From Squalus acanthias (Eukaryota), in assembly GCA_030390025.1 (NCBI GenBank), contig CM059438.1, positions 73,284,001 through 73,348,000 of the forward strand: a DNA stretch of 64,000 nucleotides. Reading direction: 5' to 3'. Below, piece by piece: positions 13,273-27,037 of the stretch. Below the pieces are notes generated by a model, which saw nothing but the letters and a program-made list of their open reading frames with translations, did not search any database and was not told the origin of the DNA. The position numbers and the translations under genes are program-made. Position 1 is the first letter of the stretch; every line of letters begins with the position of its first letter.

Positions 13273-14228
13273 TGTAACATGACAAACTAGGTCTGGAAAT
13301 CTAGAAACCTGGCTATGAAAAGCTGTATTGTTAACAGCATTCAGGCTATTGAGATAAGATAAGTTGTTGACACTGAATCAATAACCTTATTGAAATAGGA
13401 GGTTGGAAGCTCCTGAAGTCTGAAGCTTTGGAAAGAACACAATGGTACACCCTGTTAAGGTGTTTTAAATTACACTTTGGAAAGAAACACAGAAAATTAA
13501 GAAACATATGCCTTCGTAAAAATGACATCAAATGAAACACAGGAGACACGATTCTGTGTTGCAACCAGCTGAGGTAACTAAGAAGACAATGGTGCACCCG
13601 GTTGAGGTGTTTTAATATACACGTCATAAAAAGACACAAACAGAAGACCTTGGTAAGAATGACATCAAATAGATGCATCTGCTGTCACACCGTTTTTATG
13701 ATAAGCTTCGAACACCTAAAGGTAGAGACACGATTCTTAATGCTACCAGCTGAACTGACTATAAGAATAGCAGGGGTCAGCAGAAAAATGACTAGAAATA
13801 ATTAGCTTACATCAGCAGAAAACTTCAAAGGAAATACCACTGAGAAAGGATATAAATATTGAACTTTCAAATGGGAGGACAGATTCGCTGTAAAGGGGCA
13901 AAGCGATTCTCAGGCTTCAGAGGCAAGCTCTGTAAGTCTACAACGTTTTGTACCTCGGGGATCAAAGGTATTTGATTTTGGTGGATATCCTGGAATAAAG
14001 ACTAAACTGTAAAAATGTAATGAAGTTAAGATTTGAGAATAAGGATCTCTGATAATAGAATTGTAAGATTTCTGTTTTTGGAACTGTTAATGTTGCAATT
14101 GAATCACCAACTGTAAATTACATGTCAGTTCTTTAATAATCTATTAATTTTTAGAATTGTCTCACATAATACTTCTGTATCAAACTCGCAAACTCAATCT
14201 CTGTATGCTCTTTGATGAGGAGTTGCAG
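13273..14228 (+). mobile_element. Possible long LTR (Gypsy/ERV type) followed by a degenerate tRNA-Pro PBS
   Basis: TGTAAC start, GTTGCA end, internal duplication with about 150-bp spacing, TATAAAT near 13851, AATAAA near 13994, then TGGGGGAGTTATCCGGA; no TSD found. Confidence 0.35.
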
Positions 14229-15855
14229 AATTCTGGGGGAGTTATCCGGAACGTTATAGTCTAGCTAAACTTATTAAAAGTGCTACCTGGAGGACGGTAA
14301 CATCTTCAGGTTGTTCCTTTCCTTTAGGGAGAGATGGTCTGGACCTTTAGACCCAATTAAGCATCTTTAGGATTCGGCTACCTCAAACTTTCGTTGAAAG
14401 TGAACGTCTGGGGAATACGCCTGATCCGGGGTAGCCCTAAAGGGGCTGGGACTAGTAATTATCCCTTCAAGTGGTCCCTTCAAGGACTGCTTGTTTGGAC
14501 ACTTTACATTGAGTTGCAATGGGCTGATCTTGCGCACTGTGCTGTAGCAGCATTAAAATTGCATCGGGGTCCTACATGCATCAAAAGACCTAAATTTGCA
14601 TAAATTAATTAAGGCCCCTGCCAGTTTCAGACAGACGCACTGGACGCCTATTTCCTGGCCTGCTCTAAGATCGCAATGGGACGGACTTCGAGGAGAGTAA
14701 GTACCGCACTGTGACTTTGGTCTCACTGTCACGCTGAACCCACCAAAAGTGCCTTGAATGAGTGACCTTGATGCAGTGAAAGACAGTGAAGATAGATTTG
14801 CCTGCAAGAACTTGTCAAAGCTTTGGACCTGCAGTTATGCTGCTATTTTTTGATTGTGCTATTCCTTTCATTATCAGCTACCTGCACTTTTCAAAAGACA
14901 CATACCTGATGGTTCTGGGACTTTTACAATTGGTGTTTGATGAGTTCATTATAAATACGCTTTTACAGGTAATAATGTAATTTCTAGAAACAGGAAAAGG
15001 CCATTATGCCCAACAAGACTCTCTTTTGATTGATGATACCTCTACCTGACTTCTCAATGTTTGCCTCAATCCCTTCTCTCTCCAGAAATGCACCTAATAG
15101 TCTCTTGAAAACGCTTTACACTGTCTGCTTCAATGATGCTCCCACAACTCATTTAAACTATGGATGAAAAATGTCCATCTGACGACTCTTCTTACACTTA
15201 ATTTCTTTATTTTACCTTATGTCCCTTGGCAGTCTTAGAGTTTCAATAATGAAATGCTCTTTATAGAATGCTCTATATTCAAATTCTGGTGTTTCGAGTG
15301 GGCTCCTGCTAACAGATGATCATTCAATTGGTATCAATCAATGAATGGCAAGTTTCAACCTCAATTTGGTTGCTCCCATCAATCAGCAGAAACTAATTGT
15401 TTCCTGGATACAATCAGTGCTTTTTCATATAAATTATTGCTGATGTATAATTTGTTTACACTATATTTGCAGAAGCATTTATTGATACAATATGTCTGTT
15501 GGCATGGCAGTACATACTGGTTATATTGGCCATGGGTGCATGAGGGGAACATTAGCCAGACAAAAGACTCAGCAGGGCTTAGTTATGTTGTCTCAAAGTG
15601 CCATTCAGAGAATCATTCCCTTCCTTATCGATGTATACCAACTAAAATTCAAAATATGATCTCGCAGCAAAGTATTCCTGCAGACTTGAGGTAACATAAA
15701 ACAAGCTTAATTTCCTAACCATCTTGAAGAATACAAGTGTTCAGAGAACAAGGAAACATACAGAAGAGGTTTAGAAGAACGACGTTGACGTGTTGAGGTG
15801 CTAATTCCTGTCTGATAGACTGGTCATTGGCTGGAGGTACAGCAATGGTACTTAC

Positions 15856-15994
15856 GGGTTTGTCGGGCTGAAAATAAACATGGAGCTGTACGGCGGTATC
15901 TGTCTCGGCCCATTTTTGATCAAATCATCAGCATCCATGTCTTTCTTTTCCTCCATTTTTGTCACACTTTCCAGATCGACACCTACACTATTGA
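15856..15994 (-). CDS. CACNA1B: CACNA1B exon 21: [46 protein letters not shown]
   Basis: tttcag| acceptor, |gtaagt donor, 139 nt; PPYSSMF..SPTNP motif. Confidence 0.94.
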
Positions 15995-18659
15995 CTGAAA
16001 AATACAATAAAAATTATGAGGACCATCTCACCCCAAGGGTACACTTTTCTGAAGAGTTTAACTTTTAAACCTATATAAAGGTTTACATGCATGTTCCATG
16101 AGGTATAGTTATGTCAATTAAACAGAAACATTGTTGTGTAATAATTGCTACTAAAACATTAAATTGCATCAATATTAAAATGAAATAAAGACATTTATTC
16201 TTAAATATATTTGGAAGCCCTTTCCAGATAATTTATTTTTAACCATTCTGTACGTGTCTCACAACAAATACGTGGATAAAGCAGATGTGGGAATTTGCCA
16301 ACCAGAGCAAGCTAGGAAAGCACCAGGAGGTATGGAGCCCTTCCTTAGGTCCACCAGTCACTCAAATATGCCTCTATAGCCAAAGGCATCACAGTGTTAA
16401 CTGCTGAATAGACAGTACCCAGCAAATCAGTGCCCAACAACTTCTAAGGCCACGTTGCCTCAATCCATAGCCAAGAGACCCCTCTCCCCCTTCCAAGCAT
16501 TTTCCAAATCTCTTGACAAGGGTTCCATCAGTGAGTAACTCTACATACATGTTCAGAATTGTATAACTGTGTAAGGCCCCCAATGTACTCATTTTTAAGT
16601 ACCCTGTGATCTAAAATTGATTCCGTATGTATTCCGTAACTGACACCTGATAAAGGATGAAAATTTTGCTTTACAACTCTAGATTCTGTATAGAAACATA
16701 AAAGACCCCAATACAAAGTACATTTGGGTGTCAGTAAGATTAGGTTACCTCAGAGTAATGCCTAAGCACCAACTTAATGATAATTTGTAGGGTGCAACCC
16801 ACCTTCAATTTGAGATCTATTTTGATAGAATTACAGCACAGGATGGGATCTGTGTGATGCCAGAGTGGAGGTAGTTACTCTAATACCATTTCCCTCCCTT
16901 ATATTTTTCTTTTACAAATACTGAAACAATTCTCTTTTGAATTGTGTTATTTTCTGCATTAATAGCCGCTTGTGGTACAGCATTCCATGTTCTGATAACC
17001 CTCTATGTGAAAAAAGATCTTTTACATTGTTCTTCTGGTAATAATCCTCTGTCCATTCCCTCCTTTGTTCACCAACTAGTGGGAATGATCCTTCACTGTT
17101 TGCCCTCCAAAACCTTTCATGAATTTGAAAACCTCTATTAGTTCCCCCTTAACCTTCTCTGTGCCAGTGAAAAAGCCCTAAATTTCCAAACCTTTCTTCA
17201 GAGATATAATCTCTTCTTCCTGCTATTACTCTGGTGAATCTTCACTGTACCTGTTCCTTCCTATTACTAGATGTCCATTTTACATAACGCTCTAATGTCA
17301 GCCTAACCAAGGTCCTGAACAAGTTTAACAGCAAACATCAATATCATTCTTTGTGCAATTTATGTCAAAATAATTTTTTATAAATGGAATACAAAAAAGG
17401 ACCCACCACACACCCAACCAATTTAAAAACATCCATTTACCCTTATTCTTTACTTTGTCTTCCTGAACCATATCTCTAGCCATGTGGCCACATTCCCTTT
17501 AATATCAGGTCTTCTTCATTCTTGTAACAGCTTATACATACATAGATACATAGAAGATAGGAGCAGGAGTAGGCCATCCGGCCCTTCGAGCCTGCTCCGC
17601 CATTTAATGAGATCATGGCTGATCCTCCAATTCAGTATCCCTTCTGAAAATCCAAATGTACAACACCCAATGTGGTGGACTTGCAGACCCATAACGTGAT
17701 TGCCTCAGGCATATTGCCATCCACCCCACTCAGCTTGCACTTCAAACTCCTGGTTTGTGAGGGAAGGTGTTGATTAACTTTTAGATGAGTTTTGTACACC
17801 TGATTAAGATCAGGGTTGCCAGACATGGCACTGGGCAGCTGCACCTGCCTGCACTGGCTGGAAGGTCAAGGCTGGGGCTGCTGCCTCTCTTTTCATGGCT
17901 GTACAAAGACATCAGCTTCAAGGAAGCTGGAGGCTACCTGTTGGGTTTACCAGTTTAGAGCCCCTCTTTTATTGCTGGGTCTCTTGATCTGAGGTCATTT
18001 AGAGGTAGATCAGATGGTGGTGAAAAGGAAAATCTGCACACCTTGGAGGAGGAACCAGCATGTACTTGTACGGGGGCCATATCTGGCAGGCAATGGGCCA
18101 AGGGTGCAGTTAAAGGAAGGTTCATGAGGAAACAAATGAGTGGGGTGGCAGCCCTCACTTTAAGGTGAGAATATTAAGGCTGGAACATTGAGATAAACAG
18201 CATTAGCTTGCAATTAGCTCTGGCTTGTCACCAATAGGAAAAATTGGAGGGACACTGTTTACCACCGCCATTCAGTTCTGACAGCACCTGCAGACTGCGT
18301 CTCTGGCCTGACCTCCAAAAGTTGCATGCAAGTTGGTAAACATTCCTGGTTCAAATTTTCATCGGAAAGGACAATATGGTCAACCTTTCCACCAGCCCAT
18401 ACTGGTACTTCTAGGGATCTAATCAGATGATTTCAGGTCTAGTGATCACTGTTGCCAGGCACAAGCAGTAGAATTGATTTTCTGCACTAAAATTGCAGCA
18501 GTGAGCCATCATTCTAAAGTGAACCTCTCCCTATTGCCCTTATGTGCCACATGGATTTGATTGCAGTATGTGGGAATACCATTAACCAATTCAGGTTCCC
18601 AAAGAAACAAACAATGGACCTTTCCCCCTCCCCGCTATGTGGTTTATTGCGTCACTCAC

Positions 18660-18874
18660 TCGGGAGTAATGTGGACTCTCCAGGTGGAGCAGTGACGGTG
18701 ACCGGGATGTTGACGGTGATGGTGTGCTCTACATCTCTTGTAGGTAGCGTCACAAGCTTAATATTCTTCTGGTTGTCGGCATCCTCCGGTTGCTGGGGCA
18801 CGTGTTTCAAACCACCAGTAGGTGGCAGTGATGTGGTGCCCAACATGGCGGTGTCCACTGGTGTCTGGCTCTCC
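18660..18874 (-). CDS. CACNA1B: CACNA1B exon 20: ESQTPVDTAMLG...PQQPEDADNQKNIK...VNIPVTVTAPPGESTLLP
   Basis: tcacag| acceptor, |gtgagt donor, 215 nt; QPEDADNQ and IPVTxTxPPGE motifs; ORF 18652..18858. Confidence 0.92.
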
Positions 18875-20479
18875 CTGTGAAAATTTGATAATATTTATAA
18901 AAGTAAAGTCTTTATATTCTTCAAAGAGCATTAAACGGTCACTGGTCACGTCGGTCACGACAACTACAGATTACAAGAACTTTCTCCATTTAGTACTAAT
19001 TGTATAATGGTAAGTTTTGACAGGGCAGCATCTGCTTAACAGGCAAAGACTCTGAAATTTACCTGTGACCTTTTCTTCAAAATCATAATAAATGGATTTC
19101 ACCGTATAATTAGGCCATTCCAAATTCAATGCAATTTAAAAAAACAATCCTTTTTGTAATGTTATTCAATTTCTTTAATTCCTTGTGTGTGATGACTTCT
19201 TCACCATCAATCGGCAGAATAATCATATGGCTCATCTAATGGCTGAGTAATTTTATCCAATTGGTAGCTGGGCCCTATATTAGAAAGCCCCAGGTTTGAT
19301 CCCTGGTCCAAAGTGGGTCGTAGTCGGGGGGTCTACAATTGGCCTTGGCACCCCTGGTCTAAAGAGAAAAGAAAAAAAAATCAACCCGCTCATTGGCTTT
19401 CTTTGGCCAGAATATTTGTGGGCAAATGTTAAGTAATAATGATCAACAATGATCTCAATGATTGTGGCTTAAAATGCTTTGTGATGCCATTAGAAAATAA
19501 ATCCTTCAGTTGGAATGGATTTTAATGACCCATCAATTCTAATACTATTCTTTTGGAGAATTCTGTTTCAGATCTCAGCCCAATTCATCTGGTATATTTA
19601 AACAATTACCCATTTATATATTGTGTTTAATTTCCATTAGCTTTTAATGACCAGAAGTTCAGACCCCTGCGGTCGAGTTCAGGCCCAGACATTCTCTGTT
19701 CTGCTGACATTCTGATCCATCAGCTGCAGAACATGAATCTGGTTAGTTTTGTAGCCAGACTAACATATGGGCCATCTGAGGAAGGCAGAGTCTCACATCA
19801 GAGATGAGAGTAAACCCATCTATTGATGGCTAATGGAGGAGAGCAGTTTCCGCATATTACCATGGAGATGCTCACAATGATTGGAAAAGTTGAAGGTGAT
19901 TGGACTTAATGGGGCAAAATAATAATACATGGGAATATACAAGTGAGGGGCGTTGGCTATTAAACTGATGCATAAAATGCCCATTGTACAATATCCTTCA
20001 GTTTAACACTTTCCAAGTCAGGCACCTAGTGACTGCATCAAGCACGCTCAGGTCGGGTACAGCACAGCTAGATGAAGGGGAATGCTCCCTCCACTCTGCC
20101 CCAGTAATGTGTCCCAGTCTCATCTTCCACTGCAACAAATCAACATTTTCCATTTCTCACACCAACCACTCATCGACCTTTCTGAGTGACATTGTTAAAA
20201 AAAAAAATGCTTTACACTTAGTGCAGCAAAGGACCAGAACATTCCACTCACTAATAAGTAACAAAAATGCAATAACCTTCCATCTTCAATGCTTCCTTAT
20301 TTTTTTCCCTCCAACTTATACTGGAAGTGATCATTTAAAAAGATCAGATCTATCCTGCCCTTCACCTTCTTCTCCCTTTCCCTCAAGCTAGCTCCTTGCC
20401 TTTACCAAGAGCATATTTATTGCTTTTTACAATTCACTTCCTCGGGCTAAAGTTCAATCAACAGTTTTTGGGAAATAAG

Positions 20480-21237
20480 GGCCCAGAAATTTGACTCGGA
20501 GGCTTGCCGCGGGGGTAAGGATCTTGCGCGATATCGCACTCCGCGCCGGCCGTTGTGTTTTGGGTCCACAGGAACTTCTGGTCCTGGGCCTCTCCTTGGT
20601 GCCGGCGCGCAGTGTGTGCGTGCCCCAGAGGCGCAGTTAGTTCGATGCGACCTCTGGGATCACGTGGGCCATGGAGAGCCAATGGCAGCACACCATCTTT
20701 CATTCATAGATTTGACAGGAGAACTGTCAAAACTATGAATACAAATTGCCCCCAAAAGAACAGCTAAACCTCAAATAAATTTTAAAAAACCATCACATTA
20801 ATAAAATAACTATAGTTAAATAAATTAACCACTTTAAACAAAAATTTAAATTTTTGAAAAAATTTAAATTCTTTTTAAAAGTTATAAAAATAAACTTACC
20901 TTTCTTTAAAGTCTCTAAAAAAGATAAACCTGTTGAAAAAAATTTAAAATACTTAATTAACTACTTACCTTGTTAAAAGGGGGTCTTACGCCTCCTTTCT
21001 TCATGTGTAAAATCTTCAATACTTACCTTCGCGTTGAAACTTGAAAAAAACCTAAGTGTGCTGCATGCGCACAGCCTGTAGTGCGCACGTGGTTCACTTA
21101 GGAACCGCCCCCTTCACCATACCCGAAGTGCCGGTTTCCCGCGCATGCGCAGTGCTTGCAGGAAACCGGCACTTCGGGACCGAATACGCGAGAGTACACA
21201 GTTCGTACTCTCCATTATTCGGCCGAATTTTTGGGCC
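20480..21237. mobile_element. PIF/Harbinger-like MITE, 3-bp TSD AAG
   Basis: TIRs GGCCCAGAAATTTG / CGAATTTTTGGGCC; GC-rich hairpin ends, AT-rich core. Confidence 0.8.
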
Positions 21238-21772
21238 AAGATTTTCTTTTGTTCTCGTTGAGGCAAGAGATGTTGATGCTGGGAAATGGAACAACTTTCC
21301 TATTTTAGAAAGCCACAGTCAGCATCAAGCACTCTCAAGTCAGCTCGGTGGAGCCAGTTGCTCCCTCCATTCTGCCCCAACCATGAACCTTAACCTGGTG
21401 ACCTTAGTACATCAGTGTGTTCTTTGTCCAAATCCCACACAAGCCATTCCTTATAACCTCTGTGGATTAAATTGGTGCTGAATTAAGGATACACCTGTTC
21501 TGCACCCACTGGGAACTGGACTGAATTAAAGACAGCTTTGCAAATTAACTAAACTCTTTAAACATAGGACTCACTGCAGCCAGAAAAATGAAGGAACTCA
21601 TCCTGTTAAATGGGCTAGATGCAAGCCTAGGGACCAGAGGTTAAAGGATAATTTGATAAACCTCTGTACAAGAAGTTAATTTTGGGGATTTCAATGTGCA
21701 CATTTGTGCTGTTACATTCTTAAATTCTTAAAAATTGATGGTCATGTGCAATTAGCAGCCATTCTATGAAAC

Positions 21773-22327
21773 GGTAGCATAGTGGGCTAGTAATCCAAAG
21801 GCCTGGACTAATGATTCAGAGACGTGAGTTCAAATCCCACCACGGCAGCAGGGGAATTTAAATTCAGTTAATTAAATAAATCTGGAATAATTACTAGTAT
21901 CAGTAATAGTAACCATGAAACTATCAGATTGTCGTAAAAACCCATCTGGTTCACTAATGTCCTTTAGGGAAGGAAATCTGCCGTCCTTACCTGGTCTGGC
22001 CTATATGTGACTCCAGACCCACAGCAATGTGGTTGACTCTTAAGAGCCCTCTGAAATGGCCGAGCAAGCCACTCAGTTGTACCAAACTGCTACGAAAAAC
22101 AATAAAAAGAACGAAACCGGAAGGACCACCCAGCATCGACCTCGGCACCGACTACGGACATGGCAACGGCACCCTCCCTAACAGCACTGTGGGAGTATCT
22201 TCACCACACGGACTGCAGCGGTTCAAGGCGGCGGCTCACCACCACCTTCTCAAGGGCAATTAGGGATGGGCAATAAATGCTGGCCTTGCCAGCGACGCCC
22301 ACATCCCATTAACAAATTAAAAAAAAA
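21773..22327 (+). mobile_element. tRNA-derived SINE, near full length
   Basis: GGTAGCATAGTGG A-box-like head, GAGTTCAAATCC B box, LINE-like tail ending in an A run; a head fragment also lies at about 63383-63430(-). Confidence 0.8.
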
Positions 22328-22496
22328 CTTCAGGTGGTCACTTTTCACAGGAGCAAATGTGCATATGGGTATAAAATGGAATTGATTGTATTTGGAAAAC
22401 CATTCACAGGCTAGTAACTAGATCACTCTAGTCAACACTCTAGCCGTTATGTTCCAGTTACAGCGCACACTAATTAAAAGCTGACAGTTCACTTAC

Positions 22497-23318
22497 ATTA
22501 CATGAAGGATATATTAGCCTTGGAGGGAGTGCAGCGTAGGTTTACCAGAATAGAACATAAGAACATAAGAAATAGGAGCAGGAGTAGGCCCCTCGAGCCT
22601 GCTCCGCCATTCAATAAGATCATGGCTGATCTGATCTTGGCCTCAACTCCACTTTCCTGCACTATCCCCCCATAACCCTTGACTCCCCTCTAGTTCAAAT
22701 ATCTGTCTATCTTAGCCTTGAATATATTCACCGACTCAGCCTCCAAAGCTCTCTGGGGTAGAGAATTCCAAAGGTTCACGACCCTCAGAGAAGAAATTCC
22801 TCCTCATCTCCGTTTTAAATGGCGACCCCTTATTCTGAAACTATGCCCCTAGAATGATACCTGGACTCCAAGGGTTAAATTACGAGGAGAGATTACACAA
22901 ATTAGAGTTGTATTCCCTAGAATTTAGAAGGTTAAGGGGTGATCTGATCAAAGTTTTCAAGATATTAATTGAAACAGATAGGGTAGATGGAGAGAAACTA
23001 TTTCCGCTGGTTGGGGAGTCTAGCACTCTGGGGCATAGTCTAAAAATTAGAGCCAGACCTTTCAGAAGTGAAATTAGGAAACACTTCTATGCAAAAAGGG
23101 TGGTAAAAGTTTGGAACTCTCTTCTGCAAATGGCAATTGATGCTAGATCAGTTGTTAATTTTACATTTGAGATTGATAGATTTTTGTTAACCAAAGGTAT
23201 TAAGGGATATGGGCCAAAGGCGGGTATATGGAGCTAGGTCGCAAATCAGCCATGATCTCATTGATTGGCGGAACAGGCTCGAGGGGCGCAATGGCCTACT
23301 CCTGTTCCTATGTTCCTA
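22497..23318 (+). mobile_element. CR1 LINE 3' end interrupted by a nested inverted CR1
   Basis: KDILALEGVQRRFTR before the insert continues as MIPGLQGLNYEERL (ORF 22854..23237). Confidence 0.9.
22552..22850 (-). mobile_element. CR1 3' end inserted antisense into another CR1
   Basis: (gaacataa)n tail and CR1 3' UTR on the minus strand; AGAAT on both sides. Confidence 0.88.
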
Positions 23319-23650
23319 TTTAGAACAGTACAGCTCATGAATGTCTCTGTGCTAACTCTTTCTTACCTGTGCTACAAATTGTATATATTGGGCATCCACC
23401 ATAGCAGGAATTGAGAATTGAGCAGGTCAATAAGCAAGATTTGTCCAGCTGAAACGGGTTCAACAGCTACATAAATTCTGCACAGTTTACATATAGAAAT
23501 GGTGAAACTTTCCCTCATAGGTAGCAAACAACTCCTTTGTGATGTATGCTCACTTTTACATGGTGTATACTGTATACTGTATATTACTGTATCTAGAACT
23601 CAGACTACACCTAAATAAATGCTTTAGTAAATAACCTCATGGAAACTTAC

Positions 23651-24487
23651 TTCACTTTATGGTTCCGTCGTTCTCGTAGAACAGTCTCTCCCTCCTTTTC
23701 ACCGTTCTCCCTCTTCTCCTCTGACTCGTAGGTTGTGAGTGCCTTCTGTCTATGCCTGCGTCGTCTTTCTGCTCCCTCTGCGTTTTGACTTCGACTGGAT
23801 ACGTCTCCCTCTCGATTTCCTGATCGTGACCCATCTTTGGCACGTGTACGCCTTTCACTCTTTGTGCCGTTGACTGTGCCATTTCCTTCCTTGGACTGCT
23901 GGTCTGTCACGTGCCGGTGAGACCGATGGCGCCTGTATTCCTTTTCAGTCGCCTCGTCAACAGAGCTCTGCAGGTGGTGGTGATGCCTCCTCCCTCCTTC
24001 TCGACTTCTGCTTCGCTCGCCCTTTCCCTCCTTACCCTTTTCTTCCTGGTCTCTCTCAATTTCTTTGCTCCTGCTCCTGTGGGAGCGCCGTTGTTCATCC
24101 TTGCTGTTAGCCCCAGATTCTCCATTGTCAATCGTGCCATCTCCCTTCTCGTGCTCGCTTGATTTGTCTCGATGTCGATGGTGCCGTTTTGGTGCCTCAC
24201 AGCTCTCGGGCTGAACCAGCCTTTCATGCTCGCTATCTTGGCAGTCATTTGGACGGATTTTATCAGTGCTGTTCCTTATGTCATTCCTGGGTTCCACTAC
24301 CAAAGGTCGATCCAAGTGGGTTTTCATATCTGGCCGGATCTGATGGGACGAGACATACATTCGACGCTGCTCATCATCGAGTTCATTAAACAGTGCCTCT
24401 TGACTAGTTAGTAGGTGCTGTCGCCTTAGCTGAGTAGTCCTTTGTTCCCAAATGGACATTGACTTGAATGACTTCTGTTGATCTTTG
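23651..24487 (-). CDS. CACNA1B: CACNA1B exon 19 (II-III loop, synprint region): KDQQKSFKSMSIWEQRTTQLRRQ...RPDMKTHLDRPLVVEP...RERRNHKV
   Basis: ttatag| acceptor, |gtaagt donor, 837 nt; ORF 23647..24459 with the Cav2 motif RPDMKTHLDRPLVV. Confidence 0.95.
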
Positions 24488-26963
24488 CTATAAATAACAA
24501 ATAACAGAAATGTAGCATAAAGCTGTATTTTTCAGGAAATTCATACAGAAATGTTATTCACCTTAAATCTCCACCGACTTGAAAATTTAACCACACACAA
24601 TATTTAAACAACAGGTGAAAACAACAGAATGTCATTTTAGTCAAAAGTATTCCTCAGATCAAATGGAAAATCTACCCTTTTAAACCGAGACTAGATGAAA
24701 GTCACCTAGATGTTGTTGTTGCGCTGAAGCATGCATTCTCCATAATCCTACTGCAGTCATCCTTGCCAAAAATAAAGATCAGCACCACAAGCAAATGCCA
24801 TCCATTTTCAGATGTAACAACATGTCATTTGTTGGGTGCTATCATCAAGCAGCGGCACAGCTCCTTAGTAAATGTGAACACGTGAAGGTAAGTTCTGATT
24901 CTGTGCTTGCATTAAAGGAGAACTTTCTTTTTGAACAAGAAAAAGAACTAAAATTTCAAAAGAAGAAAATAACCGAGAACAGCAAAACGTAAACGAGTAC
25001 AAAACTCCTCATGTAAACCAAAACCCAAGGTGTGCTGTTGTGCAGTATCAGTCAGGCTTGTCACTAAGATTAGCAGTCTAAAATCCTTCGACTGAATATC
25101 AGAAGCACAGAATCACACTTGCTACAAACAGTGAACGGAAACAGACGCGCACACACAAAAAAAATACTCCAAATGGTACAAACAAACATATATTTTTTTA
25201 AAAGCTGGATAGGAGCATTCAAATGAGACAGTGAAACAACCTCTGGGACATAACCACTCCACTGTACAATGCACACAGATAGTTTCAGCTGAAAAGTAAC
25301 ACTTTCACCATCTGAAACATAATGGTCATGACTGCCTACCATTTTATCGCTCCAAGTAAGTGAACAAATGAACCAATAATTTGGTATTATTATTAAAAAA
25401 GGAATAAAATCTTTGATTTATGCTTATTTTAGGCATTATTTTGCAGCATTTTACTGTCCTTTGCAGTAGAGTAATTATCATTGAAATGATCCAAGCAGAA
25501 CCTAGATTTTTTAAACAAAACAGCTCTGAATAAATAGAAAATGTGTTTCCTGTTCAGTTTTGTCACAACTGACTGCTATTTAATTAAAGACTTCAGTGCC
25601 TATATTTTAGCATCTGCAATCTGTTTTCTGAAGTAATTATAATTTCCAAAATATTAAAAGGCAGCACAATATTTTTTAAAAATCCATTGCACTGCTAGAA
25701 TTGCTCATATGCTTTGTTTTTTTATTTCAATAAAATCAACTGGTGAGGCGTCAAATGCTACACTTTCGCCTGCAAGATTCTGATCAGCGAGGCGTTACCG
25801 ATATACGACAAAATTAAATGAAACAGTGGGAATTTTTTCCAAGTGCGTACTTGTAAAACATTGGGGCTATGCAAGCAGGCCATGTAATATTGTATGTGCA
25901 CCTACAGCATTTGTTTTGAATTCCTTTGTCCACTATATTAACAGAGGCATTAACCCATTTAAAATCAACAAAGCCAGCCAAATATTCGGACAGCAACATC
26001 GCACAATATCAGTTCCAGGCCCCTATTTTCCTACTGTACAGCAAAAACTGGCAGGAATAAAATCAAACATGGGCAAAGGTCCTGAACAGTGCATTATTGT
26101 AAGATTCATTTATTTTATGTGATTCATTTCTTCCAATACATGTGTTTTACAGTTACCTTGGAGAACTGAATTTCCCCTTCATAAAATATCTTTGAATTTA
26201 ACAACACGTTAAATTAAGAACTGCAGCTAATTGAAGGGCCTAAATAATATCCGGATCCTTATTGCTGAAGTTGTATAAATGTCACAATCATAGTTTTACA
26301 GAACTATAAAATAAAAATCCACGTGTCATCGAACACGTTACACAATGGTGACTAAAATGGACTGAAGGTTTTAACCGCCAGTTGTAAATGGGTATCATTT
26401 GAGGAAGCTATGGACTGTATATCATTGGCTAACATAGGAATAATACAATTCTGTAGTATTTTAAACTTAGTTCAGAGTTTATAAATCATGAAGATTTTAA
26501 AGGCAAGCAGACATCAGATGAATTAGAAATACTTTTTGGGATCATTAACACACTTCATTTTGAAAGAAAGAGAGGGTCAATTATTTCTAATTGATTTTGA
26601 CAGACAGCTATTCTATTTGTTTGCGTGTAATTTTATTGTGGCTTTAATTAGACAATGTGATGGAATAAGGATTGCTATTATCCATGTTTGGATGACATGA
26701 AATTTAGACTTTCTTGCTCAAGTTGATATGTTATTTGATTCAGTGTAGAAAGGTCAAAGGAACATAATAAAGTGCCAACAAATTGAAATGCACAGAAGCC
26801 ACCAATGACAGTGAATGTAGTGGACAAAAAGAGTTGTCCAAACAGTAGGAAGAGCACAGCCACTGCATGTTTACAACATCCGCTCTTCACACTTGGTGTT
26901 ACAATGGTGAATGACACTTTCTGAAGGGGTTACTGTATAATATTGTAACAGAGAGCAACTCAC

Positions 26964-27026
26964 GGTGAATTTACGCTGGAGACTGACGAGCTGCGAGATA
27001 GAGCACCTCGATTTTGCTTTACAAAA
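26964..27026 (-). CDS. CACNA1B: CACNA1B alternative cassette exon 18a: FVKQNRGALSRSSSVSSVNSP
   Basis: tgcag| acceptor, |gtgagt donor, 63 nt, phase 2-2; near-identical to mammalian e18a FVKQTRGTVSRSSSVSSVNSP (recalled). Confidence 0.93.
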
Positions 27027-27031
27027 CTGCA

Positions 27032-27037
27032 CATGCA
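27032..27037 (-). promoter_or_regulatory. Rbfox-binding UGCAUG splicing element at the exon 18a acceptor
   Basis: Minus strand reads tttTGCATGtgcag|exon 18a. Confidence 0.8.

Noticed and set aside
23907-24411. Antisense and alternate-frame ORFs over exon 19
   Set aside because: Expected shadows of a long, compositionally biased coding exon.
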